Made by a program: the position numbers and the translations under genes
Assembly (NCBI GenBank): GCA_964016885.1
Contig: OZ024743.1
Coordinates: 3,782,001-3,846,000 of the forward strand
Reading direction: 5' to 3'
DNA from: Eledone cirrhosa
Taxonomy: Eukaryota
Length of the DNA: 64,000 nucleotides
Shown here: positions 1 through 13,705 of the stretch, in pieces
Position numbering within the stretch: the first letter of the stretch is position 1
Layout of the letters: every line of letters begins with the position of its first letter
Notes under the pieces: model-generated
Told to the model about the DNA's origin: nothing
Database searches by the model: none
The model's input: only the letters and a program-made list of their open reading frames with translations

Positions 1-150
1 TTTGAAGCATAGAGTTACCTCCCTTTATGATCTGAGTTCAAATTCCGCCGAGGTTAACTTTGCCTTTCATCCTTACGGGGTCGATAAAATAAAGTACCAG
101 TAATGCACTGGAATAATTGCTGGCCTGGTGCCAAAAGTAGAAACAATTAT
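1..150 (+). mobile_element. tRNA-derived SINE (octopod-type), 5' end cut by window edge
   Basis: B-box GAGTTCAAATTCC, shared core gaggttaactttgcctttcatccttacggggtcgataaaataaagtaccag, tail gtagaaacaattat; same as many other copies in the window. Confidence 0.9.
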
Positions 151-685
151 ATTGAATTGGGAATTATGTGATTATGTTTAGGTTGGCAGTCATTCATGAA
201 TCTAGAGAATAATTCAAACACTATCCAGACAAGAATTCAATTCTTAATTTCCTGTGTAAGTAGTCAGTGAACGCAAAAGATTTAATCTCACAATTACGTC
301 TATTATTACTTCCACAAAGCGTAATATACTGTCTTTGATTTGTATTTAGTCTCATTTGATTACATGATAACCGACATATAAAATAAACTCACTATAAGTG
401 CACACAGTCATCGAAATACTCGTTCCACAGAGACAGTAAACAATCTGCTTGGATGCAAAGTTAGAGAAAGAAGGAAAGAATGAGGAGAATTATTATTAAG
501 GAACATGCACCATAATATTATAAGCTTTATTCTAATTAAGGAAAAAAAAATGAAATCGGTATTTTAATCTATTGAATATTTAGAAACGTCAACTTATTTT
601 TTTTTACTATGAAAATGTCTTACAAATTGGGCATAAAACGAACGGAAAAAAGTTGATAGCGCCACTCCCCCTCCCTTCTCCACGG

Positions 686-1068
686 GTGACGTTGTCAATT
701 TCTGTTCGTTCAAAGGCTTTTATGCCCAATTTGTAAGTCAAACAATTCATTGAAGCTTCTAGATTTTCAATAAATATATATCCGCTCACCATTTCTAAAA
801 ATAGATCAGTGTTTACATTCTGGTCAATTGATAAGACTCCAAAATATTGGAAAACCAGTCAGTCTCGCTTTGGATCAATCGGTATAGCTCGGCCGACCAG
901 CATACGACAAATATAAGTTCTAGTCCCACGTGTGACGTTGTCAACTTGTTTTCCGTTCAGGTTCTTTTATGTCCAATTTGTTAGACTATTTTTCATAGTA
1001 AAAAATATGTTGAAGCTTCTAAATTTTCAATAAATATATATCCGCTCACCGTTTCTAAAAATAGATCA
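686..1068 (+). repeat. Diverged direct duplication (686-808 and 912-1068)
   Basis: Both begin gtgacgttgtcaa and share ttgaagcttcta.attttcaataaatatatatccgctcacc.tttctaaaaatagatca. Confidence 0.8.
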
Positions 1069-1654
1069 TAATTTAATCGTTTAAGTATATGAATGATTTT
1101 ATTATGTATCGTAGTAAAGCTACAGAGGTAATATTTCAAAGCATTACGATGGCACATTGTATTGCTCCTACGTCAATAACAAGTGAATACTTTTGATCAA
1201 GTTATACCTAGAAGGATAATTATAGAATTCTAAGCCTGTAAACGCATCTATTTCTTTCATGTAGATTAACTGAAATGATATTGCATGAATCTTATACGTT
1301 ATACATGAAATAACATGGTTTTACCGTAGAACTAATCATTCTGTGGTCTTGTCATGTCCTTAAACTGCAGTGGTAGCCGAAATGAATTCCTGAAGTAATG
1401 ATGTAAAACTATAGAAATGATTGCAACGGAGAAACCTGCAAATAGAGGGTGCTTATAGGATCTAGTGAGAGATTTACACTTATGAAATTCAATAGTAGCG
1501 AAATACAATAAGGCAATTATTTCCCACCTTTGAATTTTAATTCCATATGTTTCTGAAAGGATATTTCTATCTTCCGAAGTTGATATAAAAAGTATCAGTG
1601 AAGTATTGTGGTCGATTTAATTTTAAGGCAATAAATTTGAGGAAAGTTTGTTCA

Positions 1655-2322
1655 AATGAATATCAAGCAGATATTTAGAACGTATCAGAGGGTTCTTCCT
1701 GTTCCCAGCAAGCATGCCGTTTGAAGTTTTCCAAAAAAGGGGGCTGGACTAATGTTCTTTAACCATCCTTGAAAACTCTTTGAGATAGTACCTAGTGCTT
1801 TTATGACATTCGGGACGACCTTGATCTCATGACAGTCCCAAATCCTTTCTAACTCCCACGATTAAATCCTGGTATCGGTTAATTTCTCCTTCTCCTTTTC
1901 TTGCACTCTCGTGTCAAAGGGACAGGCTACATCCACAATCAGGCACGATCTTTTTTCCTTGTCCAAAACCACCAGCTCAGGCCTACTGTGTTCTAATTTC
2001 TTGTCTGTCTGTAACCTAAAATCCCATAGCACCTTCACTTGATCGTTTTCTATCACCGAATCTAGCTTATGTTCATACCACTTCTCAGAATGTGGTAAAT
2101 TGTTTAGTTTGCATAAATGCCAGTGAATCACCTTTCCTATCATATCATGTCTCCAGCCTTTATAGTGAGTCTGGGCTAGGTGTTTACACTCGGATACAAT
2201 GTGAGCCACAGTTTTCTCTCTCTCTTCACAGATCCTACACGGTGAGCTAGCCTCCTCCTTGTCAAAATGGTGTTTCACCTACTTCGTTCTGAGGGTTTGT
2301 TCTTGTGCAATCATTAGCATTC
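1655..2322 (-). mobile_element. 5'-truncated R4/Dong-like non-LTR retrotransposon fragment (CCHC finger + RLE)
   Basis: ORF 1862-2278 has CRIC..HIVSEC, RHD and LWDFRLQTD..RPELV..VDVACP; closely similar to 35750-36445. Confidence 0.88.
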
Positions 2323-2325
2323 CTT

Positions 2326-2388
2326 CGATAAAATAAAGTACCAGTAATACACTGGGAAATTGCTGGCCTTGTGCCTAACGTAGAAACA

Positions 2389-2421
<33 letters not shown>

Positions 2422-2640
2422 GTTATAAGGGCGGTGGATTGGCAGAATCGGTATAGGGTCGGACGCCATGCTTTGACGCATAGAGTTACGGCCCTTGCCA
2501 TTCTGAGTTCAAATCCCGCCGAGGTTAACTTTGCCTTTCATCCCTACGGGGTCGATAAAATAAAGTACCAGTAATGCACTGGGTAATTGCTGGCTTTGTG
2601 CCAAAAGTAGAAACAATTATTATTATTATTATTATTATTT
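2326..2640 (+). mobile_element. SINE 3' fragment (2326-2422) followed by a full SINE (2428-2640), both with (ATT)n tails
   Basis: Head gggcggtggattggcagaatcgg, B-box gagttcaaatccc, tail gtagaaacaattattatt. Confidence 0.92.
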
Positions 2641-3169
2641 TCCTCTGTCTGGTGGCCATTGCGAAAGAGATTATATGGTGGACCAGGTTGAAAGGACTAA
2701 AGACAGACACTTTTCTCTTCGGCCAATCCCTCATCAACTTCTTCAAGTTTCACCTGGAAAGGAAGGTGAGGGTGGAGAGAGAAGTGCTGCTCCCCAGTAC
2801 ATTTACTAAAAGGTGGGTGAATGTGGCGAGAATGGCTCGTGTGAATGGGCCTACTCTGACCATGCGCCTATAGGCTGGCTAACTTGAGGAGAGGGGTGCT
2901 CTCCCTTGGGTGCCCTAGAAGCGCAGGGTGGTTCAGGATAGGTGGGGTACCCGAGTCACCCCAGGGTCGTCCACCCCCTATCGGGGAATTTATTTTGTTA
3001 TATTTATGCATAGTTTATTTTATATTTTTATATTTTCATTGTTAAATTAGTCTTGCCATTGTGCACTTTTACTCGACCTTATTGTAAACCCCCACTGTCC
3101 CTGTCTTTGTATTGTCCCCTACATGTCGGCTCTTGTGGCTAATAAATGAAATCGTCGTCGTCGTCGTCG
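2641..3169 (+). mobile_element. Tx1/L1-clade LINE 3' fragment (ORF2 C-terminus + 3' UTR) starting at the SINE (ATT)n tail
   Basis: CLVAIAKEIIWWTRLKGLK..LINFFKFHLERKVRVERE matches the ORF2 C-terminus at 29912-30955; AATAAA then a (TCG)n tail. Confidence 0.88.
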
Positions 3170-4108
3170 ATACATATATTTAAAATGAAATGCAAGTCCT
3201 GACACTTAAATCGATATGTTCTCTTCTTGCTTTGAATAATAAAATGAGTTTCAGAGTATTTTCATTTACTACGTATTTAAATGTGTAAGTCTCTGCGCCA
3301 TTATTTGTTTCACAAACATACCTTTTCATAATGCCTTCTTGGCAATAGCTAAAATCCTTTCTTTTTATTTATATATTTTAATCGATTTTGTATCTTTTGT
3401 TTCTAAATTTCCTTCGGGAATTTCTAGAACTTCGATGATTTTCAAAGAGAAAAATTGGAAGTCGATATTCTAATCAGGATCCTGAAAATTTTACTATTGT
3501 TACTACTGAGAAAACTGATTTTGTGCCACGTAATGCAGAGATTTATACATACACATATATATGTGCGCACACGTCTATATACGTATATAATCGCATGTTT
3601 AATATGCGTTGAGCGAATTATTAATTTCGAATGCAGTTTAGCTTAAAGTCAACTCAGGTTTTTGACTATGAAGATTAGTCGAAAAAGTGGAGAATATAAG
3701 CTCCTACGGAAAATGTAGAGAGTATCTTTAAAATTCTAAAGACTTATATGTTCAACTGTTTTCATACTCTAAAATCTGAATGAAGCAGTTAAACAAAATA
3801 TATTAATTGAACTTGAGTTGAATTTAAGCTAATGAGTCGATTTAAAGCTTACCATATTCGTTTAAATACATACAATATAATCCTGCTTAAAAAAACTTTA
3901 ATTCTTACGTTAAGATTACGCGTTCATAGAGTGACTATGTTGCGAAAAGGCATGCCACTGTTTATTTTCCTGACATTTGTACATTATTCTATTTACTATA
4001 CATGCACCTTTGATGAGTTGTAGTACACCTGAGCACTGTACACAATAATTTCATTATTATTATTATTATTATTCTGGAACGTAATAGTTTTCAAAGTTTT
4101 CTTTGTGA

Positions 4109-4240
<132 letters not shown>

Positions 4241-6459
4241 TGATTGTGTGTGTGTGTGACTGTTTGTGGTAGGGCTTATGTTTAAATTCCTTGAACAGGA
4301 AGGTGGCCAGTAATAAATAACAGTTCTAATTACATCTCTAATGTAGTTTTCATTAGATTTCAGTAGGTTTTATTTAAATTGTTCACGTTATTTTTCTTTC
4401 AGTGAATCACTGCTGGAAGTAAAACCGTTCAAAGTTGAATTTGAAGAAATTTTGTTGTTGATATTACCGCAATTCACGCTAAAATAATACATTATTCGTT
4501 ATATACCTCATACATTTGGATTTTATAACGTATGATAAATAGTCTTTATACAGTGATTCTTTTTACCACATATTTTATGTTAAAGGTTTGTGAGGAATAC
4601 TTGCATTAAGGTTTTAATCTTCTGGTGAATGAATATAATCATTCCATTCCTTTTTTGTTCGATCCAAAAACATTTCTTACTACCAGAAATCACCAGAATT
4701 AAAAAAAGCATGTAGTTATTGTCTGATTTTCAATAGATATTCCACTTAGGAAGATCTATTTTTTAACGTATCAACTTTAAATATATGTAGAAAATCAGCT
4801 TATGATCACACTGTACATTTTACTACCAATAGTTTGATTTGAATATAATTTTGTTGAAACTAATTTTAGGATTTAAAGTTTCACTGAAAGCAATTCTGAA
4901 ATCTTTTAAAGCAAAACAAAATATGCATCGATAAATTCAACATTGCTTAATTGCTAGCGGATGATTGGATGTTAGAAAAGAAAAAAATTGTGGGTGGAAA
5001 TGAAAATTTGCATTACCATCATAACTGATTGCCAACAATGGCTAATAATATGAGTCTTTTATTAATGGTTATTAGAATATAGCCTGTGCAAAAATATGTT
5101 TCTGAATCTATAACTAGACATTTTGGCAGCAATTTTGGCTATCAGTTTCTATATCTGTCGATGTTTGCAAAATATATTTTGTATATTCTATTCTTATTTT
5201 TCATTGTTTTACTTTGCATTGTCATTGCTTTTGCTTATTATATATATTCTTGTTGATGTTGCTGCTGCAAATGTTACGAATTGGTAATTATTTGCATTAG
5301 CTGCTGCTTTCATTTGCATTATCAAGACCCTTGTTTTTGTGATTCATTTTCTTGTTTCAGTTCTATCCTGGTTCTATCCAGTTGTAAAAGTTTCATACTC
5401 ATTTATAAGCTCGCTCTAGCATGGTAGTTAATGTGGTGATAGAAATATACATAAGCGCGAATTATAAAAAATTACAGGACTCAAATTTAGCACTTATATT
5501 ACTCATAACGGTTGGATTTACTTCACTGTGATAAGCACCGTTAGATAGGTGGATAGGTTTGTTGAGTGTTAAAATATTAGGCCACGAATACTGTCGTACA
5601 AATGAAGGAGTTCAGAATACTAACCCCTAAACTAGATAATTCTTACGAGTCAGTTATCCGCTGCTATCTTTTGAATTAATGAATAATGAGACTCATCTTA
5701 TACATGAGTGTAAAATGTATTTAAGCCTTATTATAGCGGCGTAACCTATAATATAGAACAGCCACAATGTACTATTGTTTACCGTATTGTTATTATGTGT
5801 CGAATTATTATACTTGTGTTCGTCTCATGGCAGCAAATCTTCCAAATATTTGAGAATTCCATCCAATTATTTTGGTTTCTTCATCTTCATATTATGAGTA
5901 TCAATCTTTCCGTTTGCCTACTTCTAAAAAGTGGAACATGGAAATGCGTTTTTGTTATTTATTTACATAGTTATTATTATTGTTTGTGTTTTTCCTCTAC
6001 CTTCCATTTATTTCAGTTTCTTGCTGAGTGTCTTCCTGAAACCCAGGGAAAAGAAACTCACTGCATACATTGATAACCCACAAAATAAACACCAGATTGT
6101 TCACTTCATGTATTTAACACATTTTCACGTATATCATTTGCTTTACACATGTGCACATTATCTGTTAAAAAATCATATTTACAGCAAAATGATAAGGAGT
6201 GTAAAAAAAGTATATATATATATACTTTTTTGTGTGTGTGTGTGTGTGGAGGATTATCATTCTCACAGCAAAAGTGTTCTTCTCAATACGTGTGGCATAC
6301 TAGTTAAAATAATATTTTGCACTTCCTGAAAAGATAGTAAGACGAATTATTCTCAAATAATTTTCTTCTTCTTCTTCTTCTAAACATGTGAAATTCATCA
6401 AAAACTTATAGGAGCGAATCTTATCCTTGATGCACGCTTTTGTTTCATCATCATTATTA

Positions 6460-7262
6460 GGGGCGGTGAATTGGCAGTATCAGTAGAGGGTTGGACGCCA
6501 TGCTTTCTAGCATAGTTACGTCCCTTTACGGTTTGAGTTCAAATCCCGCCGAGGTTGACTTTGCCTTTCATCCTTACGGGGTCGATAAAATAAAGTACCA
6601 GTAAAGTAGAAACAATTATTATTAGTAGTATCAGTAGAGCATTGGACACCCTGCTTCGTGGCTTAGAGTTACGGCCCTTTACATTAGGAGTTTAAATTCT
6701 GCCGAGTTTAGCTCTGCCTTTCATCCTTACGGGTTCGATAAAATAAAGCAACAGTAACACACGGGTCGATTTAATCGACTCCCCCCCCTCAAATTGCTGG
6801 CTTTGTGCCTAAAGTAGAAACCATTATTATTTGGTGGATTGTCAGTATCAGTAGAGGGTCGGACGCCATGCTTTGACGTATAGGGTTACGGCCCTTACTA
6901 TTCTGAGTTCAAATCTTGCCGAGGTTAACTTAGCCTTTCATCCTTACGGGGTTGATAAAATAAAGTACCAGTAATGCACTGGGTAATTGCTGGCCTTGTG
7001 CCAAAAGTAGAAACAATTATTATTACTATTATTATAAGTACCAGTATGGCGGTGGATTGGCAGTATCGGTAGAAGGTCGGACGCCATGCTTTGCAGTATA
7101 GAGTTACGGCCCTTTATGATCTGAGTTCAAATCTCGCCGAGGTTAATTTTGCCTTTAATCCTTACGGGGTCGATAAAAGTACCAGTCACGCACTGGGGTC
7201 GATTTAATCGACTTTTCCCTCCCCCCAAATTGCTGGTCTTTGCCAAAACTAGAAACAATTAT
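6460..7262 (+). mobile_element. Head-to-tail cluster of four SINE copies
   Basis: Units at about 6460-6625, 6626-6830, 6832-7025 and 7047-7262, each ending gaaac(a/c)attatt; two carry the extra gggtcgatttaatcgact-Cn segment. Confidence 0.9.
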
Positions 7263-8488
7263 TAGTAGTTTTATGTGTGTTTCTAGTTCATCCTCTGGCG
7301 AAACTCAACGATCCTCAAAATGTATGCTGCATTATCTTTGGGGAAAATAGAGTTGTGTTTGAAAACTATATGAATTTTTTGTTGGTTCTTGTATTACTAT
7401 GATGTTCGTTCGTTGTGTAGAGTATGTACAATAAATTCTGTTATAATATGGCGGGGCAATTATGGTGTATTTAAGAGGATGTACAGAATATGTGTTCTGT
7501 GGGCTGTGTTATATTGTTTGGTGTATATATATATATATATATATATGTAAAGTGAACTCTGTTATTCTATTGTGGGTGGGGCATGCTTTCATAGAATAAT
7601 TATTGCGTACAGAGTATATATTCTTTATGTTATTCAAAATGTCTTGCGTAATATGTGGGTTGTGCCTTGCGTGGCTTTATTTTTGAGTGTATATAAAATG
7701 ACTTCTAGTACGGACCTAAGACGTTTTCAAAACTAGTGATTCAGTTATTATTGTTACTGGATACACATTCAATCATCATCATCCTCCTCCTCCTGCTCCT
7801 CCTCCTCCTTACTTTGATTTAGTGGACCTATACTTTGAGAGTTTCTCGACGTCTTTCAAAGGTGATTGAAACGTTTTTAGAATATCATTATTTTTGTTCC
7901 ATTCTTGGCGATTATATCTCGATAACCTTTCCTTCTTAGTGTAGACAAGTATATCCCAGATTAACGTGACCAGTTCATCCTGTAATTCATATTTGATTCA
8001 TCATTAAACTGCTTCCTATCGAAATTCACACCGAAATATCGACATACTGCCCAGTGAAATTGCTTCTGACTCGATCATGTTGCTCAGTATACTAGGTTGC
8101 TCAATTCCACTAAGTTGGTAAAAATGAGTTGCGACAACACTGGTGCTAAGCTGTATTGGCACATACGTTACCATTTGACAACACTGGTGGCATCGAGAAG
8201 GGTGTTTGGCACGAATCGTACAGAGACACCTGACTGACACATAGGTATAATAATGTCATCGAAATTTAATGGATATGTTTGATAATGGTTACAGAAAATA
8301 TGCAAGGAAATTGTTGTTATTGATTTAAACGACTGAAAAACGAAATACGGACATGGCCGGAGAGACAAGAGGAAACTGAAGATTTTAGCATCTTTATATA
8401 GAAAGTTGTAATCAAGTAATTATTAAATTAATTTTTTTACTATAAACATTGTCATTATTGACGGGTACTAAGCTAGTATATATATATA

Positions 8489-8679
8489 ATTGTTTCTACT
8501 TTTGGCACAAGGCCAGCAATTATCGTAGTGTATTACTGGTACTTTATTTTATCGACCTCATAAGGATGAGAGGCAAAGTTAACTTCGGCGGGATTTGAAC
8601 TCAGATCATAAAGGGCCGTAACTCTTTGCTGCAAAGCATGACGTCCGACCCTCTACCAATACTGCCAATCCACCGCCCT
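8489..8679 (-). mobile_element. SINE
   Basis: Reverse complement of the SINE; atatatatataat on both flanks (likely TSD). Confidence 0.92.
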
Positions 8680-8709
8680 TAATATATATATAATGAATAA
8701 ATATAGGTT

Positions 8710-8771
<62 letters not shown>

Positions 8772-9159
8772 TAGAGAGAATTAGAAAGAGAGAGAGAGAA
8801 TGTGAGAGAGACAGTGGGAGATTGAGTTTGTGCCAGACAGATGAAGACACGCATACGTACAAAAGTGTCGTGTTTCAATATAATCTCACAAATCCATTGT
8901 CTCTTCACTCTAACTTTGTCAAGAAAAATGAATATCTATCATTGGAAGTGTGATGAGCAAGTTATAAGGCTTCAGGGAGACGAGACTTTTAGAAGGTGTT
9001 GATTACTGTGCGAAATAAATTCACTCTTTTCCTCATATTCTCTCTCTCTAACTAAAAAATCAATTGTTATACCAACTGCTGTAAGCCACGGATACAGATC
9101 ATAACGACCCAGTAGGCAACAGCAGCAGCAGCACCCCCACCACCACCACTATCACCTAC

Positions 9160-10970
9160 CTAGATACTGGCGCATTCGAAAAATCTAGTCGGTACTTGTC
9201 AAACATTTGGCAATCTCTGATAAAGTTCTTGAGGCGTTTGCCTCCCACACGTCTATCGGCTACTCGCTCAAAGTTTCAACGTGCGTCTAAGATGCCATTC
9301 CAGTGCCCGCTATCAGTGAAGGGCGAAACCTTCCTAGAAAGGCTTTCAGACGCCCGAAGAAATCCGGCCGTCCCGCTCCAGTCGTGGAATAGACGGCAAC
9401 TAGTCTAATAGCACCACCTTTGCTATTACTCAAATCTATGACCACCAGCATAATGCCCGGGTCCAGGAAGATCTTTCGTACCTTGAAATCAAGGTTCTAC
9501 CTAAACAGCACTGCCACTCGGTTGGCCATTACAGACTCACTAAAAGCTGAGTAGATGTGAAAGTCGTAAACAAATTCAGGGTAGTGCGTGCCTGTCAGAA
9601 ATCCTGGTCTCACTGATGACAATCACATCTGTCACTAGTGAGCTGGGGTCGTTGAGCAAGTGGCCTTGCTTTTAGGACGATCCTAGGCCACGTACATTTA
9701 TGCATCCTACTCTTAAAATTACCATGTTGGCCAGAAAGAGTTAAGAGAAAATAGAAAGGGGCGCTACTTACCATCTCAGCTCTGTTGGAGAACAGATGGT
9801 TCCACCTCCATATCTGGATGGAGTTCCATTGGGAATTCCTTTAAAAGCCTAGTGATGGCTCTTACATTTGGCATTCTCACGCCAGAGGGAAGCTCGCCCC
9901 AATGTTTTTGAATCTCTCAACAGACATGCGCATGATCATTAATGTCTGTGGCACTTTAATTGTGCAGGTGCCAAACATTTCTCCTTCTCTCTCAATATCC
10001 TCACTTTGTGCTACAAAGACCATCAATTCTCGTTGACCCCCCCCCCCTCATTAACACGAAGTTTGGTGCCTGTTGTTGTGCGTGTTTTCCTTTTGTGGGT
10101 AGTTCTGGTTGTGGTAGTTTATGGAGTTTCTGGTTGTGGTAGCGCTAGTTGAGTTGGCGGTTGTAGCGTTAGTGGGGTAGTAGTTGTTGTAGACGTGTTT
10201 GTATTGTGTGTGTATTTTCTGTGTTATCTGGCAAGTGTGTTGATGTAAGGCAAGATGTTTTGTATGTTTTTTTGTTTTGTTTTTATTGTCCCCTCACGTC
10301 TTTATTTCGAGATGAGGAGGAACTGGTGTCTTCGGAATCTGTCTCTGATATGGTTGAGAGTGTGCTTGTGTTAGTGACTATACATGTGTTTAGAGGCGAT
10401 TGATAGTAAGAGAGAGAGAGAGAGAGAGGAAGAAGGAGTAGGAGAGCTGTGTTGGAAGACTCCGTCTGTATTTTCACAATGTCTGTTGTTTTCCTTGCTG
10501 CTGTTGGTAGTACGGAGGCCATGTGGTTGGCTGTCTTCTGTTGAGAGTGGAAATTTCTCAAGTGACCAGTTTCCACATATAGACTGCAATTTGAATTTTG
10601 GGAATTTATTATCATAGTTTTTGCTTATTTCCCGTTGTTGTTGTAGTTGTTGCTGTTGGCGACAGTGGCCTTGTTGGAGATGTATTTAGTACTAGTCTTA
10701 GTGACGACGTTGGTTTTATTCCTTTTTATTTTCTGGCTGTTATCGAGGAAATGTAGCATGTGTTTTGCGGGTAGCTTTTTAATTTCACTATTCTGTTCGT
10801 TTTGTTTAGCATTTAGGGGTGTAATTTGCTAATATAATTGCAATAACTTGGCCCAAGGCCCTAATTTTATGTGGTCGCCTTTTCTGGGAGCAATGTATGG
10901 AGTTCTATTTACAGTTTATAACGAAAGATTTAACAAGGAACATTATACAAAGAAAATCAACAAAACCAAT
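9160..10970 (-). mobile_element. Decayed 5' part of a Tx1-like LINE (5' UTR, ORF1 remnant, start of APE)
   Basis: Minus strand from about 9726 reads MVILRVGCINVRGLGSS*KQGHLLND, matching the ORF2 start at 32335; 10848-10925 resembles the 5' UTR at 34371-34450; abuts (AAT)n. Confidence 0.8.
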
Positions 10971-12429
10971 AATAATAATGATAATTTTTGGTGGCCTCAG
11001 ATACAATTATGTATGTATTTAATTTCATAATTTCATATTGTTAAGAGGCTCCATCTTGACATCAAATACTTTATCACCGTGCAGTCTTACTAAATAAAAT
11101 TACTTTGGAATTTAAATGATTCCATAAAATGGTTAATTACGTTAAATTTGCCGTGAGAGATAATTACAAGACTTTATTCAGTTAACAAACAATTATAAAA
11201 TGAAAACAAATAGTATCAAATCTCACAGCAGTTCAGTTTTCAGTTCATGTAAGTTTGTTTTATAACGGATACCAGACATGTAACGAAAATTTGTTTCCTA
11301 ATGATGCTATTTCTAAATTCAGAGTACATTCAAGCATAACATAATTTTTCTTGGACGTTTTTCCTTTCCGTATTTGTAGAAAACATATAATCTTGTTTAT
11401 TACTTGGTAACAACGTCTGGATATATTTAGTAAATTATTTCTGGATTATTTGAATTTTATCTTTATGTTTTAGTATTTTCTTATATGGTAAACATCTAAG
11501 ACATTTATTAACTTAACATTTACGCAGTTTTTCTCTATGTTCCCCCATAATTCAGCGAATGACGTTGTTCTCTGCCCTGGGTCGGATATCTCCGTCATTC
11601 GGTCTCAACGTAGTCAGGTTGGCTGAGAATTATAGTCGAACAATGATTTCTTTTAAATTCATGGATTTTATATAAACTTACATCATATCAGGCCAATGTG
11701 TTATATAGCGGTTTTTAGGCCACTTGCATATTCCTCATAAATATTTACTGTTTATTGTAAATATAATTCTACTCTATAAATAGTGCTTACATATATACAT
11801 TGAATGCTTTAATACTTTTATACTGATACGTAGAAGTCTCTCTCTCTCTATCTCTCCCCCTCTTTCTGTCTCTCTCCATGTATACATATGCGTATAAATA
11901 TGCATGAGCGTATAATATAAGTATATATTTATATATATGTATATACATACATATTTATACACGGGTACCTCACACCACACATACACATATATATATATAT
12001 ATACATAAATAAATATACATGTCTTATATATGTGTATGTGTGTGGGTGCAAGTGTGTGCGTGCATAATGCGAAAAGTTTCAGTTGGCCTACTGAAACCAG
12101 ATTCTAATGATTTTACATTGAAAACAATTATTATTCTATTTATACTGATTTCAATTTAATTCACAGTCTAATTGAATGTGAACAAATATTTAGGGCAAAA
12201 ATAATCCTAACGCCAATTTAATAAAGATCTATTTCAAGCAAAGAATCTTGATTATTTCTAAATATATTCACCCCTATTCAATACATTCCTCGGAATATTG
12301 AGACAAAATAACATCCTTCATATAGTTATTTCAGGTGAGCTAAGATACGGTGGAAGGTTATATAGGCTGCACAACTGGTTTTGTCAGATATATAATTCTA
12401 TAATTATATGGCAAATAATGTTGGTAAAC

Positions 12430-12605
12430 ATTTGGACAAGACCTGCAATTTTCCTAAAAGGGAAAGTCGATTATATCGATTCTAGCACTTAACTATTAAT
12501 CTATTTTGTCGACCTGGAATGTATAAAGGCGGTGTTGACCTAGGATTGATTTCAACTCAGAGAGCAAAGGTCTGTAACTAATTGCCACAAAGCATGATTT
12601 CAAGC
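12430..12605 (-). mobile_element. Older, diverged SINE copy
   Basis: Degenerate match to the SINE reverse complement (gtcgattatatcga..gtcgacc..aaaggc..gacct..aactcaga). Confidence 0.6.
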
Positions 12606-12635
12606 GCATATCTTACTAGTATTACTGTGTATCAT

Positions 12636-12820
12636 CGGTGGATTGGCAGTATCGGTAGAGGGTCGGACGCCATGCTTTCCAGCATATTTACGTCCCTTTA
12701 CGATCTGAGTTCAAATCCCGCCGAGGTTGACTTTGCCTTTCATCCTTACGGGGTCGATTAAATAAAGTACCAGTAATGAACTGGGTAATTGCTGGCCTTG
12801 TGCCTAAAGTAGAAACAATT
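12636..12820 (+). mobile_element. SINE with 15-bp TSD
   Basis: TSD attactgtgtatcat at 12621-12635 and 12818-12832. Confidence 0.95.
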
Positions 12821-13705
12821 ACTGTGTATCATAATAGGATTCTAATATATTGTATAATGAATGATCCTTACATCAGGCATAAAACAAAATGTTCAATTCC
12901 CAAGCATTGGACAAAAGTACACTTCATCAGATAAGAATACATGCATTGAAACACGCCACTTAATGTATGTGTATTTGTTTATTTAGGCTTGGGTGATTTT
13001 GTGCTATAGTTATGGGATAGGTAGATAGAGACACAAAATTCTAGAGTTAGTTTAGTACATAGAAGGGGGAGTAAGTGAAGTAAAAAGACGAATCAAAATT
13101 TAAAATCCGTTTAGGGTGTTAACTTGTTATTTGATATATCCTACTTATGTTAAACATATCAGTAATTATTTATACCCCAGAGATAGTTTTTTCTTTAGCC
13201 TCCAACCCCAACTCGTTTCCATATGGATGTGGAAATTTATTGATATTTCCTTTATACGCCTAAAGACTAAATTACAAAATACTTACTTGAAATTTACAGC
13301 TGGTTGGAGTCAGGGACCATAGCATCAAAATAATAGGTTGAATGGGCTTTTTTAAAGTACATAAGTAGTGAATTTAAGTATTAGCGTTCTAGAGAAATCT
13401 TTTTGAATAATACCTTGATAAGATATGCATTGTTATTGTTCCAGTTTAGATACGTATTTTAGATTTGTTATTTATAAGTATATATATATTTTTCTGGTTT
13501 TGATATGGTGTTATGTTAACCTATTGTGGAAGCGAGTGAGCTGTGTGGTATAGTGAGGGGTAAATATTCTAAACTATACTTATGGTAATTTCGCTTTTGT
13601 TAATCGGGCAATAAATTATTTTTGTATTTTACTGTGTTTTTACTTGTGTTTTTTGTGTGATCTTAATTAATGATATTGGTACTATATTCAGTAGTCATTA
13701 TTACG

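Noticed and set aside
2428-2525. tRNA gene call for SINE heads
   Set aside because: A/B boxes are present but there is no convincing cloverleaf, and the heads are always fused to the SINE body and tail
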